Positions 1-12,430 of a stretch of 64,000 bases of DNA are shown here, one piece after another (within the stretch, counting starts at the first letter, position 1; each line of letters opens with the position of its first letter). This DNA is from the human T2T-CHM13v2.0 reference genome, Homo sapiens. The translations under genes and the position numbers were made by a program. The notes below the pieces were generated by a model, which saw only the letters and a list, made by a program, of their open reading frames with translations, searched no databases and was not told the DNA's origin. The stretch lies in the NCBI RefSeq assembly GCF_009914755.1, contig NC_060932.1, one strand, 5' to 3'.

Positions 1-294
1 AGAAAACATAATGGTGTTTCAAATTAATAGATAGTGCTCTTGCTGGAATGAGATTCAATACACAAATAAGAGCTGGTGACAGAATTTGGTTAAGTGAGGA
101 CTTTTATATGTGTTGTTGCCGATTTTTAATTCTTCCTCAGCAACGTCTTTGGTTTCATCTCCTTTCCAATTAATTAACAATGCCAGGTAAATAGTGTGAC
201 TAAATTTTTCTGTCAATTAACTGATATGTCATCTATCACCAGAAGGTATATCTTCAAATACTTGTTCATGACTTATATGTATTTTTTAAGGCAC

Positions 295-668
295 TGTATT
301 AGTCTGTTCTCACACTGCTATGAAGAAATACCAACGACTGGGTAATTTATAAAGAAAAGAGGTTGAATTGACTCACAGTTCTGCATGGCTTGGAAAGCCT
401 CAGGAAACTTACAATCACAGCTGAAGGGGAATCAAACACATCCTTCTTCACAGGGCGGTAGGAGAGAAAAGTGCCGAGCAAAAGGAGGAGAGTCCCTTAT
501 AAAACCATCAGATCTCCTGAGAACTCATTCACTAACATGAGAACAGCATGGAGGTAACCACCCCCATGATTCAATCACCTCCCAATGGGCCCCTTCCACG
601 ACATTTGGGGATTATGGGAGCTACAATTCAAGATGAGATTTAGGTGGGGACACAGCCAAACTATATCA
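295..668 (-). mobile_element. THE1 (THE1C/D-like) MaLR solo LTR
   Basis: The reverse complement begins TGATATAGTTTGGCTGTGTCCCCACCTAAATCTCATCTTGAATTGTAG, matching the THE1 5' end. It is 374 bp with TG...CA termini and a perfect 5-bp TSD GGCAC at 290-294 and 669-673. Confidence 0.93.
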
Positions 669-2319
669 GGCACTGATTCTTGGATTCTTTAATCTCACAT
701 TATTTCTATGTTAAAAAAAAATGGTATTAAGGATGCTGTCTATATTTCATAGATTCCTTGATGTTAAAGATATTAAAACCTACTTAACATTATTCTACTT
801 CAAGAAATATTAAAATAATTAAAATAATATTTAACATAATTTTATGAAGGGTCATAAGAATAACAAATGGTGATTATTTGATAACCAAATATTAAAGGGA
901 AAGTATTAGTCTCATTTTCCAGATTAAGAAATGAAACTAGTTGCTTGCCAATTGCATGTAGCTAACCAATGTCAGATCTGGGTCAAATCTAGTTTATCTC
1001 ACTTTCAGTGTTGGGCTCTGGAATGTTCTACAAGATCAGAGCTTTAACAGGAGTCAATCTAAGAACTGGTGGACTCTATGATGCATTATCAAAAGCCTTT
1101 AGACTAAAGCTAAAGTGACCTATCCAGCTCCACACATGCATTTAGTATAAAATAGGGTCAAGGAATGTTAGAATGGGAAAGAGCATTAGAGAAGGTGGTT
1201 CAGCTCTCTCGTTTTAAGATAAGAAATGTGTTTTGTGAGGTTTTTATGCTCCAGCTGCATCCTGGCTCTAGTTTCTTCTTCAAGTTGAAGAAGAACTATT
1301 CCCTAACTCAGTGTTCTGTAAGTCATTAAAGCCTAAATTTGCTTGACATGATTATTTGAATTATGCCTCATTGGCATTAAAATAATAAAAAGTCCAGTCT
1401 TCTGCTTTCTAAGTCAGGTTTTCTAGTAGCAATCTCAAAATCTTGCCACTTCTGCCACTTTGCTACCCAGCCATTGAAAAACATAAACTTCTGAATTATA
1501 AAAATAAAGAATTCAAAGAAAAAAAGCAGTATTTGATTGAGTTGGCTGGGTTTTCTTTACTTCTTTCATATTCAAATGGACAATTTGTACAATTTCCCTT
1601 ACTTTGATCCTAGCTGCCTACACTACCAAGTTGCAGGCACAAATTACTTGCCCACTTCTTCAACCACAGACTTTGAAGGACTGGGGAAAAAAAATTCAAC
1701 CATTGTGAAATTTCCATACTGAAAGTGCCTACTTTCAGTTGGTGCTACTGACTTGGACCATATGAGAGGAGGCAGCTCCAGCCAGGGCTGCCCCCAAGCC
1801 ACTCACCCTGCCAAACCTCTGGGTCCCACCAACATCATTTCCTGAATGATGAAGCTCCCCATGTGTGCCCACTGGCATGCTCTTAGAAGATCAGGAATAT
1901 CCAATCAGGAATCAATTAATGGGAGAGAAGAATACAACACAGAGCTTTCTATTTAACTTGGAACTATGATAATCACGAAATGGCTCTGGGTATTTTGTGA
2001 ATCAGATTGCTGTCAAATCCACGTATTTTTTTATTTGGATACACTTCAGTGATTTTACTGTTCTTTGGTAAAAACTGTTTGATGTTCAAAAACCTTGAAG
2101 CCATTTAGACCACGTTGTTTCCCTTTTTTCAAATAGAAGTTTGCATTTTGTCCACCACAAAGAGAATGCAAATGCCAAGAGGTCTGAATTCACTTTCAAA
2201 GTCCAAACCCACAAACTCTGATTGGCTTTTCATCTTGGCTAGACACATTCCCCAGGGCTCTAGACCTTACATCAAATGGGACAGTATCATGTCCTAATGA
2301 GGAGTATAAACTACAAGGT

Positions 2320-2480
2320 AGATTACCTGAATTCAAATCCCTTGACTGAAACTTTGAGCACATTACCTCATTTTTCTTAGTCTCAGTTTACTTCATCTTC
2401 CAATGGGGTAATAAGAGTAAAAATTTCCTTGTATTATTGTATGTGGAGCATTTAGGAACCTGACACATAATACTCAATTT
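2320..2480 (+). mobile_element. MIR SINE, degenerate
   Basis: MIR core-like text: gaattcaaatccc...tctcagttttacttcatc...aatggggtaataa...ctgacacataatactcaat. Confidence 0.6.
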
Positions 2481-4011
2481 TTGAGAATATTGGGAGAAGT
2501 ACCATTTTCATAAGGTTTTTTTTTTTTTTTGTATGGGGTATTTTTTTAAATATAAATGAACTGAAATAATCTTTAATAAGACAATTTTTAATAAAAAAGA
2601 TTAAATAAGCTATTATGCAATGTTATAGACTGTCAGTTTAAAAATCAATAAAAAGTTGTGAATGAAAAATATTTATGCAACAATTTCAGTTCAACATATT
2701 GCAATACTGCTGCCCTTTCTTTCCCTTTTCTTCTTTTTTATGCTTTAGCCCAAACTAAAGTCATTCCCATTTTCATTAATCTTAAATCAATATTTTCTTC
2801 TTATATCCCTTAGTTCCAATACCCCTGAGTGCATATCAAGGGGATTTGATATTTTTTAGCTTAATTTTAAGAATAATTTTCTCAAGGAAATGTTCTAATA
2901 GTGGTGAGAGGCTAAAAGGGAATAGAAACAAGACTCGCAAAGACAAGAAAGCAAGATGAAAGGAGGAATAGGTTTACAGATTCCAGAAAGAATGACCTAG
3001 AATATTCGACTGTGAAAATTCCTGTAGGAAGAGGGAGGAGAAATCAAACTTATGTAACATGTGAATGCTACTAAACCATCTGCAATGTTTTAGTAGAATT
3101 CACATAGATCCTGATAATAGATGAGTTGTGTAGCTGTGGGGGGTTTTGTGAGAAACTCAAAGTTAGGACTCAAAAATAAAATTGACTTTAGCAGGAGCAC
3201 TGCATTGGGGTGAGGGGCCAGCAGGTGGGCATTGAGTGTTACATTTACTTCACAGGAATATTAAAGCATGTGATTCATAGAAGAGCCTGAATAAATATAT
3301 GTCAAGTAAAATGAATAAATGAATGAACAAAAAAACAAACAAAATACAATAATCAAATAGGTGTTAGTAGTATAATGTAATTAAATTTATATTTTTATTT
3401 CAAGTATAGAATTGTATGAATAGAATGTTCTGAGACCTGCACCATACTAATAAAAACTGCATTATTAAAATAATATGAGACCAAAGCATACAATACTGAA
3501 AGGTCAATATTCTGGACTCTCTTGAATGAGAGGGGAAATAAACTGAAAGTGTCATTCTTTTCCATTCTCAGTTTGTTAGAGGGGATACATAGAAAAGTAA
3601 ACTGGCTTAATAAATCATCAGTTCCTACCCTTTCTATCCCAGGAGACGCTGAACAGCCCAGAGGGACGGAAGCTACAGAGAGGGCAAAGACCAATTCCAA
3701 GGATGGCTTGGAAGGGACAGCCATAGGCTCAAAGGCCTAGAGGCCACATATCTCCTGGTAGCAAAGCCTTCACCTAGGGAATGGTTAGCACTCAGACCAT
3801 TATTAAACAAGACACATTTGTATACTAGAAAGTGGCCTCCTAGGAAATTTCCCTCATAGAAATTCACTCACCTCAACCTTCCAACCACATAAACCAAAGC
3901 CCTTGGACAGGAAGAAGCAGCTGAGGTTCCAGTTAACAGGCCCTTACTTTTCAGCCACTTCTCTATTGACAACTACTCAACTGTAACTGTTTAGGGTTTT
4001 TACTTCCAGGC

Positions 4012-4746
4012 TGTTGTAGGTGGCATTCCCCAGTAGGAGATTTTGAGATGGAGATTAATGTGCAAGACATTTATTAGGAAGCATCCTGGAGATCAATACC
4101 GGTGGAAGGGAGAAGAAGAAAACAGAATTCTGTAGAGAGAGAAGTTGAAACGTGATGTTCATACCAGCATAAGAAGGTTTATCATGCTGAAGACCTCAGC
4201 ATGTCCCGTGGGGAGCTCTGGATGTGGGATGACACTTTAGAGTTGGGGTAAGGTTTCTGGGCTTTTATATACCTGCAATGATTGGGATTGCATGGGAGCT
4301 TTTTTTTTTTTTTTTTTTTTTGGCGTGATCTCACTGCTCACTGCAACCTCCGCCTTCCAGGTTCAAGTGATTCTCCTGCCTCAGCCTCCTGAATAGCTGG
4401 GACTACAGGCACGTGCCACCACACCCAGCTAATTTTTGTATTTTTAGTAGAGACGGGGTTTCACCATGTTGGCCAGGATGGTCTCAATCTCTTGACCTCG
4501 TGATCCGCCTGCCCTGGCCTCCCAAAGTACTGGGATTACAGGCCTGAGCCACTGCGCCTGGCCTGGATAGGAGCTTCTTTTGAAAGTAGACATGATCTTA
4601 GGCAAAGCGTGTTTCTTCAGCTGAGATGATCTTCCAAGAGTGCTCATGGCAGAGGGCCGTGCTCTGGCAGTACTGCCAGCAGCTGGGGAAATAAATTCCT
4701 CATTTCTGAAGGGGAATCTGGGCAGCACACCATACCATTCCACACA
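4012..4746 (-). mobile_element. LTR16C-like ERVL solo LTR, interrupted by an Alu
   Basis: It resembles the reverse complement of the LTR at 48215-48619 (ctgaaggggaatctgggcagcacacca; tttattaggaagc...gatcaatacc). The Alu at 4298-4564 splits it. Confidence 0.7.
4298..4564 (-). mobile_element. AluS-type element lacking the last ~40 nt of the body
   Basis: Poly(T) is joined directly to ggcgtgatctc..., and the element ends at ...gcgcctggcc. A degenerate TSD is present (tgcatgggagct / tggataggagct). Confidence 0.93.
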
Positions 4747-5390
4747 GGTACTTCCTACGTATTTGTTGCAGTTTCCTTTTGATGTCAAAGTAAACAAATA
4801 AAGAACAGTAAAAGTAACTTTATTCCATAAGATGACATTAAATCAGGCGGAATACAATGCTTAGCTACAATCTGCATTGTAGAATCCCAGTTGAACATTT
4901 AACTGACATCATGCACTCATTTTATTTTATTAGATGATTTTTGTCCAAAAATTTTATAAGTATTTAGTGGAAAGGTTGGGAGAGATTTTTTTAAATAGGC
5001 AATTCTGATATATAAAATAGGGCAAGAATTATTTTATTATTTGATCTGGCATTATGGCAGATATATGTTCTTGGAAAACACTTCCGTTTCTGTTTCCACT
5101 TAACAAGATCTTTACCGTACAGTGATTTTCATGCCAACATAAGAAGACACACCAACACATACCACCTTAGAAGTGAACTAGCTTCCAAGTTTGTTGCTAA
5201 GCTGATGCTTGGAACTTTGATTTGTTATGTAGATTTGTGCTTAAGTTGATTTAAGTTTCACATAGTTGTTGCTCTATGATGTAGCACTATTGTTGCCAAC
5301 AGATGGTATTGTTCTTGTAAAATTCTGAGTGAATGATCCCCCTTAGATGATTATTATAAATAAAGATACCTGGAGTTGGTTAATGTCATC

Positions 5391-5498
5391 TGACTATATA
5401 TATTTATATATAGTGACTATATTATATATACTGACTATATATTTATAGTCAGTATAGTGACTATATTTATATATACTGACTATATATTTATATATAGT
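5391..5498. repeat. AT-rich minisatellite (five TGACTATAT-headed units) with an internal palindrome
   Basis: Units start at 5391, 5414, 5432, 5458 and 5477. There is a 13-bp perfect inverted repeat at 5427-5439 / 5444-5456. Confidence 0.85.
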
Positions 5499-8421
5499 GG
5501 TAGAGCAGAGCAATTTAGAGTGGAAGAGGAGATGATCTATTCTCGGCATCTTGGAACTCTTCCGTGATGTCACATGTCACCTGATCACTGAAAGATAAGT
5601 AGGGGTTAGTGAGGCAAAATTAGGAACTGAGGAGTATCATTGCGAAAAGAATTTCATGCAAACGCAAGCAGATGCAAAGGCCCTGAAGTAGAAGGAGCCA
5701 ATGTGGGTGAGGTTTACTCTTTTCCTTAGTTTGGTCCTTTGGTTTCATGAAGCTTAATTAATTTGGAGCATAAGTAGTACTACGGCCTATGGGTTGCTCT
5801 TCAGGATCTCCTCTAGTTTTGATGAACTCAGTGTTAATGCTACTGATAACCTTTTTGTTTTAAAGTAAATCCTACAAATTTGGAACCTCACACAGAAGCA
5901 GCTGCTATTGCAGATGCTTTTGATTCTGGGGTGTAGGAAGCCCCACTACCCCACACTGTCTAAAGGGGACCTCCTGTCCATTTGTCAGCCTGTCTAAGAT
6001 TCCTCCATTCAAACCTCATTTGGTTGGCTTTTGAAGGCTTCTTGGTTTTATAGGGAGTCATCATTTCAAAAGAAGATATAGCTGAGGGGTATTATAATTT
6101 AGCAGAAATTTAATCTTCCTACAGCTGATCTAACAGGAAGAACCCAGACCCCATAAAAATGGAATGAATGGAATATAAGGAGCCCTAGGGAGATGTGGGG
6201 GAGAGAAAGTGGGGGAATCAAGTCCTCAGAGAAGGTCTTGGAAAGAGGAGGAAAAAATATAAAATAAAAATTTTACCTACTTGAGAATTCAGCCTTGGGA
6301 CTCCCCTAATTTCAAGAAAAGTTTACCAGTGTTGAACCCCGCTATACCTCAAGCAGTTTTCCTGAGACCTTTCTTTTCCCCACCCCCATTCTCCCAGCTT
6401 GTGTCCTGGAAGCACCAGCATGGGTCGTGATGCTAAGATTTATAGTGCAGGTAAAAGAATGAATGATTCATCCCTATCTTTACTGCCTTGAAGAAAGATG
6501 AAGAAGAAACTGCATCCCACAACAAGCTTTTGTCCTCTGTATTTTAAAATTGACAGAAGTAGCTGATTCAGGCACCCCATTCTCCCTCACTGCCTCTCTC
6601 ACAGCAACTTAAAGCCTTTTATGCCTATTGCCTTTGATATACTCCATGATTCTTTTATCAACTCCAGAGGCTATATTTTGAAAGTAAGGCCTACATTTTA
6701 AATGATATATGGAATGGATTCTAGTGCTGAAATATTTTGGAGCAGTAGCAATGGGCAAAAAGGGTTTTGTTGGTGGGGATTCTGACCAGTTCCTAGGTTG
6801 TGTATATTTTGATGAGTATAATTTCCTTGTTAGGTCTTTGCTTGAGGCTGGTTTTGGAACTCAAACTTCACTGTAAATGGAAAATCAGTTTTGCTACAAT
6901 CTTATTCCTCTGGTTCTCAGTTTTATCATCTGTGACCTAAGGAACCACATGATAGACAATCATAAAGGTTCTTCTGTTTCAGCTTGAATGTATTGGTTTG
7001 TGTACTATATGAAAGTAGCTCTGTGGCTGGTTATCAGTACACTGGAGTACTTCCGTAAAGGTTTGGTTCTGTGCTGTTTGTTGTTGCTTGGTAAATCTTT
7101 CCCACCACTGTGCAGTCTGTAGGGACTGACGCACTGAAAACACTACATATTAGTTGAAGAAGATGACACAGAAAATGAATTGAAATGCCATTTACTTTCT
7201 CAGCTCTGAGAGGAGTTACTTATGTTTAGTATGTTTTATTAAACTAGAGAAGGATGATTCAGTGACCTTGTGTACTGCTTTGATTTTTAAATGGCTTAAT
7301 GGGACAAAACAGACATAATGCTTCACCCAGTTAGCAAAATGTGACCCACAAGAGTGAACCATCATTGTCAGCATCATTGCCCAGTACTTGTTAGGGTGAT
7401 AATGCATGAGACACCCCAGGCCCCATCCAAGAACCTGGTAAACTGTAGTCTCCTTTCTAAAAGTGTTGATCTCTAAGAAGGAGAATTATTATTCTATATT
7501 TGTATGAGACATAGAAGTTTATAGCACAGTTTTATACTTTCATTTAATCTTGAGAAAAATTTTATTGCATAAATATCATCAAGCCTATAGGTGAGGAAAT
7601 TGAGATACAGAGAGCTTATATAGTTATTAAGTGGTAGGGTAAGTATTCAAATTCAGATATTTATGTTTTTATATCCAAATGGCAAAATAAGTATTAGAAA
7701 ATAAAATACTGCTTTCCAGGAATAGAAACTAGAAACAGCAACTAGGAGTTTTGAGTAATAATTTTTAAAAGTCCAAGAATAAGCAGAGTAAGAAGTTCAG
7801 TTACTGAAAGTTGGAAGGCATGAAAATGTCCTGCAGACGGTTCTGAATCTTCTGTGAATTCCACATGCAAATGCAGGTGTTGCTTCGGTTGTGTGACTCT
7901 GTGAGAGGGCTGAAGCCTGTCCACTTTCCACAATTTCCAGTCACCAAAGAAGTGCATGGGCCACTGTGACATATGTGACAGGCTGTGCAGCAAGCCAGGT
8001 GCTGGGAGACCCCTGGCCACAGCTCTTTGTGCTTTTTCTCTCTGTATGTGGGTGAGCAGTGGTGGAACAAATAGTACATTTTTCATCCTAGCTCCAGCTT
8101 TCCAGTAGGAGCTTAAGCATAGCTCCTGCTCTGAAAGAGTTGAAGCCTAGAGTAAGGAGGCCTCAGAGTCCAGCCCTCATGTCCCAGGAGAGCAGTTATT
8201 TACATATATGCATGCTTCTGTAATTTGAAGCTACACCATTTTGCTGTTGTTCAAAACGTAAAAAAGTCATTTATGTGTAAGATCTTCAGCTGAATCTTTT
8301 AAATGTCTGTGTATTTCGAAGATTCATATAATGTATGAACCACATAACTCTTTGTGGGAGAAATGTAAAAGGAGGAGAGTCTATGTTGGAATCAGAGACA
8401 AAAGATGGCCTATGCTTTTTG

Positions 8422-8492
8422 CTGCTACTGCTGCCTCTTCTTTTTCTTCCTCTTTTCCACCTCCTCTTCCTCTTCTTCCTCCTCCTTCTCTT
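8422..8492. repeat. Low-complexity (GCT)n/(CTT/CCT)n pyrimidine tract
   Basis: ctgctactgctgcctcttctttttcttcctcttttccacctcctcttcctcttcttcctcctccttctc. Confidence 0.8.
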
Positions 8493-8944
8493 GCATTAGT
8501 TTGTTGGAAAATAGTCTATTTGTCATAGAGGTAGGGGTAATTATTTATTTACCTTGCTATTATCATTGGTACAGCTATCACTGTTTGTCTTAAATTGACT
8601 TTCCATATATCTGGCCATGTTAATGCATGTATGTTATACAATAGTTTCAAAATCTGATGTTTATTTTCATCTACATTTTCTCTGAGTTCTTTACTTTACC
8701 TTAGTTAACTTGAAGAATCTGGCAGATAATGGGCAAAAAAGAGATAATCATTGAGTAAAATTTTTTGACCATAAATATGTAGAATTTCCAGGAGGTTAAT
8801 ACAACAGATCAGCAGATATCTCTGCACGTGTAAGATTGAGTAGAGTTAGGAAAATTGCCCATGGCTATTTCTCCGTGGGGTGGAGGGTTGTAATGGGATA
8901 TGGGTAGGGATGGAAAGATATTTATTAAACACCTGTCAGCAACT

Positions 8945-9110
8945 TTCAGATGCATGATCTCATTTAAGCCTTTAACAATTTTAGAAGGCGGATATTCCCA
9001 CATCATTATACATGTATGAAAAATCAGGCCCCAAGAAGTTGATTTGCTCCAGATCATATCCTTTGTGGTGAAGCTGGCATTTAAACTCAGGTCTGTATGT
9101 TTCCAGGTTT
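8945..9110 (-). mobile_element. MIR SINE, degenerate
   Basis: tgatctcatttaagcctttaacaa...gaaaaatcaggccccaagaagttgatttgctc...ggcatttaaactcaggtctg resembles the reverse complement of the MIR core. Confidence 0.6.
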
Positions 9111-9562
9111 GTGTATATTCTTTCTAGTGAATCAGAAGTCTCGGAAAGATATCGCTTAGTAAGGACATTTGGCTTCCTAATGACAGCACATTCATGATAT
9201 GATTATTAATCCTTTTTCAATTTTTGGAATCCTTGTCTGAGGGGACAGTGTTTACTTCTCTTCCCACCCCTTTCACATCCCTACTTTGCCTCCTTGATAG
9301 GTTCTTAGTAAGAGTAAAGAGAAAGAAACTAGCATCATGACATAGAAGTGATATTGTGAGAATGATCAATGTCAGTAAGAGGAAGTGTTTATCTTTCAGT
9401 TTGAGGAATCCAGAGGATCTAAAGTCTCCTGAAGCCTTTTCTCATGCCACTCCTGCTGCTCCCATGATGCCTGGTCCTTGGTGATCAGATGTAGGTAGAG
9501 TTGGCATCAAGGAAACTATGAGATTTGAGATAGCAGGAAATTTCCAGATGCCCAGCTGAATT

Positions 9563-10140
9563 TGTTTTGATTTGAGTTGCCTCAAAGTAGACCCCAAGAC
9601 TAAGCCTTGGATACAGGTAGTCTGTTTAAGAGGTGATCACAGAAAACACAGGGAGGAACTTGGGAAGTGAAACAGGGAAGTGTGAAGAGCCAATACATGG
9701 TGCTTAAATGAACAAGTTATTGCTGTGGGCTCACTAGACTCAATTCCACCGAGGACTCTCCAAGAAAGTGAATGGGTTGGGGAGGCTGAGGCTGAGTATT
9801 TATTTATCAATTCCTGTTTTGTATTAATTAAAGTTTGACCTGAGAGCTTTTAAGTCTCCTGCAGTTCTAGGTTGTGCCTGTCTTTGGTAGGTCCTTCTTC
9901 CAGGTCCCCCTCCCTGAAAACGCCCTCGGGCAAGGTCTAGAGAGGCCCAGGTGGGAAGTTGCCCATTTTTTTGTGTGAATTTTACTGTAGCTGTAAGTGA
10001 ACTAGACAGCCAGGAAGTATGAAGCAGGGTATCAGCTGCGTCTGTTACACAGGGTTCTATGATGGGAGACTTGATGGGAAAAGTACAGAAGTGCTTTGCT
10101 GTATCCATGTGGACGTGTGGGTGATTAGCAACATGACATC
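9563..10140 (-). mobile_element. LTR33-like ERVL solo LTR
   Basis: agaccccaagactaagccttggatacaggtagtctgtttaagaggtgatc...gggaagtgaaacagggaag...gagccaata resembles the reverse complement of an LTR33-family 3' end. Boundaries are approximate. Confidence 0.55.
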
Positions 10141-10169
10141 TCTGCTGAGGTGTAGCTTGTACTGTAGTC

Positions 10170-10400
10170 ACAAGCATGGATTCTGGAGGTAGCTCTGCAT
10201 TCAAATCATCTTTGTTACTAGTTGGGTGAACTTGGTTGAGTTATTTAATTTCTTAGTGCTTGTCACCCCATCTGTGTAAAATGAGGATGGTAATAATAAA
10301 ACCTACCTCAAGTGTGTGGGTGTCAATTTTGAAAGTGAATACGCACAAAGCATTTACAACAGAGCCAGGCACAAAATAAGCACTCAAGCACTCCTTATTT
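10170..10400 (+). mobile_element. MIR SINE
   Basis: agcatggattctggag...ttcaaatc...ttactagttgggtgaacttgg...gtaaaatgaggatggtaataataaaacctacctca...gccaggcacaaaataagcactcaa. Confidence 0.75.
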
Positions 10401-12219
10401 CTGGTCATGATGGAGATGCATATTGCCTTTTAAAATTTACATATGTAGAAAAATCTTCCTAGCGAATTTTTTTCACTAGAATGCTTTCTCTTACATTCCA
10501 CAACCAAATTCTGCTCTTCCAAACCCAGGATTTCACATATATCTTAACACGTAATCTACTCAAATTTTGAATTCAAATTTTAAGAGGTGAAAGTTTATAA
10601 AAGGGCAAAACGAGAATAAGTTTTCAAAACCCGGAAGTGCTGATGTTGCCATAAACAGTCTAGGTACCCTCAGAACTTCACATAACAGCACCCATAGATT
10701 CCATCACATTGACAATGATGCATGACAATGACCACTACTGATGGAACATGGGTGAAACTCCCTCTATATTATCTTACCAAGCCTATAGGGTAGATGTTGT
10801 CAGCTCAGTTCCTCAGATGAAGAGACAGATTCAAAGAGTTGAAATAGCTTGCTCAAGATCCCACAACTGGTAATTTGTGGGGATAGGAGGCTGACACCAA
10901 TGCATGTTTTTTAACCACTATATGCAATTAAAACACTGCAACAAACTAAATGTTATCCTCCACTGACATCACTTGAGATACTGTATACTTAGGGTGGCTT
11001 TAGAATTGAAGCTTGTGTTGAGTTCCTGCTCCACTATTTGTGGCTTTGGGCATCACTTAACCTTTCTGAACTCATTATGTTATATGCTTTCTGTAAAAGA
11101 GGAATAATGGCCTCTACCCCATGACTTATTTTGGGAATTCTGTGAAGTTATCTTAGTATTTTATAGTTTGGTATAATGTAAATTTGATTATCTTAAAGGA
11201 TAAAATTTTGAAATGAGAGGATGGGAATCTATCTGAATAAAAACAGTAATAAGAGACTTAAATTTCTTTCATAATCAACTTTATGCTACATATTTCAGAA
11301 TGTCAAATTAAAATTCTTTTCCCCTTTCTTTCCTCTTATTGATTCACTTCACAAACATATATTAAATACTTACTGTACACCAGGCATATTTTATGTGCTA
11401 AGAATACAAAGATTAAAGTAATATGGTATGTACATTCAAATTGCTTAAAGTTTAGAATCAGAAATCATAAATTTTCTCAAAATAGTGGCAGAAAAACTAT
11501 GGTGGTGTGGTTTTATTTTGCCAACCTCTCCTTTTACAAATATTCTGCTTTCTACCTTCACAGAGAAAAAAAACTAACCAACTCACAATTTTATTGGTCC
11601 TCTACTCCTTGTTTAGAAATAGTTAAGTGTAAATGCTTTTAAATTAGTTTTGACTGTATGTCAAGGCCCTGTGAGGAGGATATGTGCTCATTTATAGATA
11701 GACACTTCTGTCTACAAATTAGGTCCTTTCTAAATGCTGTGAAACATTTAGGTCTTCAAAACTATTAAGAGTGTTGTCTTTGGCTCCAGATAAGCAAAAC
11801 AAACAAACCCTTTTCCAAGTGGGCACTAGTTCTGCTGGCTTTTGTTGGCTTTTGAAGCTCAAGGAAGCTAGTAGTCTTGAAATGGCTTCTCCCAGAAACT
11901 AAGAACTTTCTAACGGGCTTCATTGCTGGTCTCCAGTATTTCTCTTAGGTGCAGATAACAGTGTTTCTATGTTGGCTGTGAATAGCCTTTAATGGTTTCC
12001 TGATTTGTGTTAATATTTACACTTGTATATAATTAGTTGTTTATTTACTCATCTTAGGCCAACACTAGCCTTAATATATTAATACATATTTTAAGTATCT
12101 TTCACTCCTAATTGATCAGTTGCAAGTGCAAATAGAGTTTGAAAATGTATTTCTAATTTTCAGGGGAAAGTTGATGGACTTTCCTGTTAATTTACTAGTT
12201 TTGATGCTTTCCTCTAACC

Positions 12220-12430
12220 CAGTGGTTCTCAAAGAGCCAGAATGTCCCCTGGATTTTTCTCTCATGGGACATTTGGCCATGTCTGGAGACATTTTTGATT
12301 TTTACAACTGCTATTGCTGTCCTGTAGGTAAAGGCCAGTAATACTGCTCAACACCCTACACAGGGCACTCCCCCTAAAGCAAAGAATTATTGGAATCAAA
12401 ATACCTATAGTGGTGACTTTGAGAAACTGT
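12220..12430. mobile_element. MER20 hAT-Charlie DNA transposon (non-autonomous)
   Basis: The terminus is cagtggttctcaa and the other end is ttgagaaactgtg. It contains the diagnostic gggacatttggccatgtctggagacatttttg. Confidence 0.8.

Noticed and set aside
5391-5498. CRISPR-like repeat-spacer array
   Set aside because: The spacers are just (AT)n variants, the context is primate DNA, and there are no cas genes.
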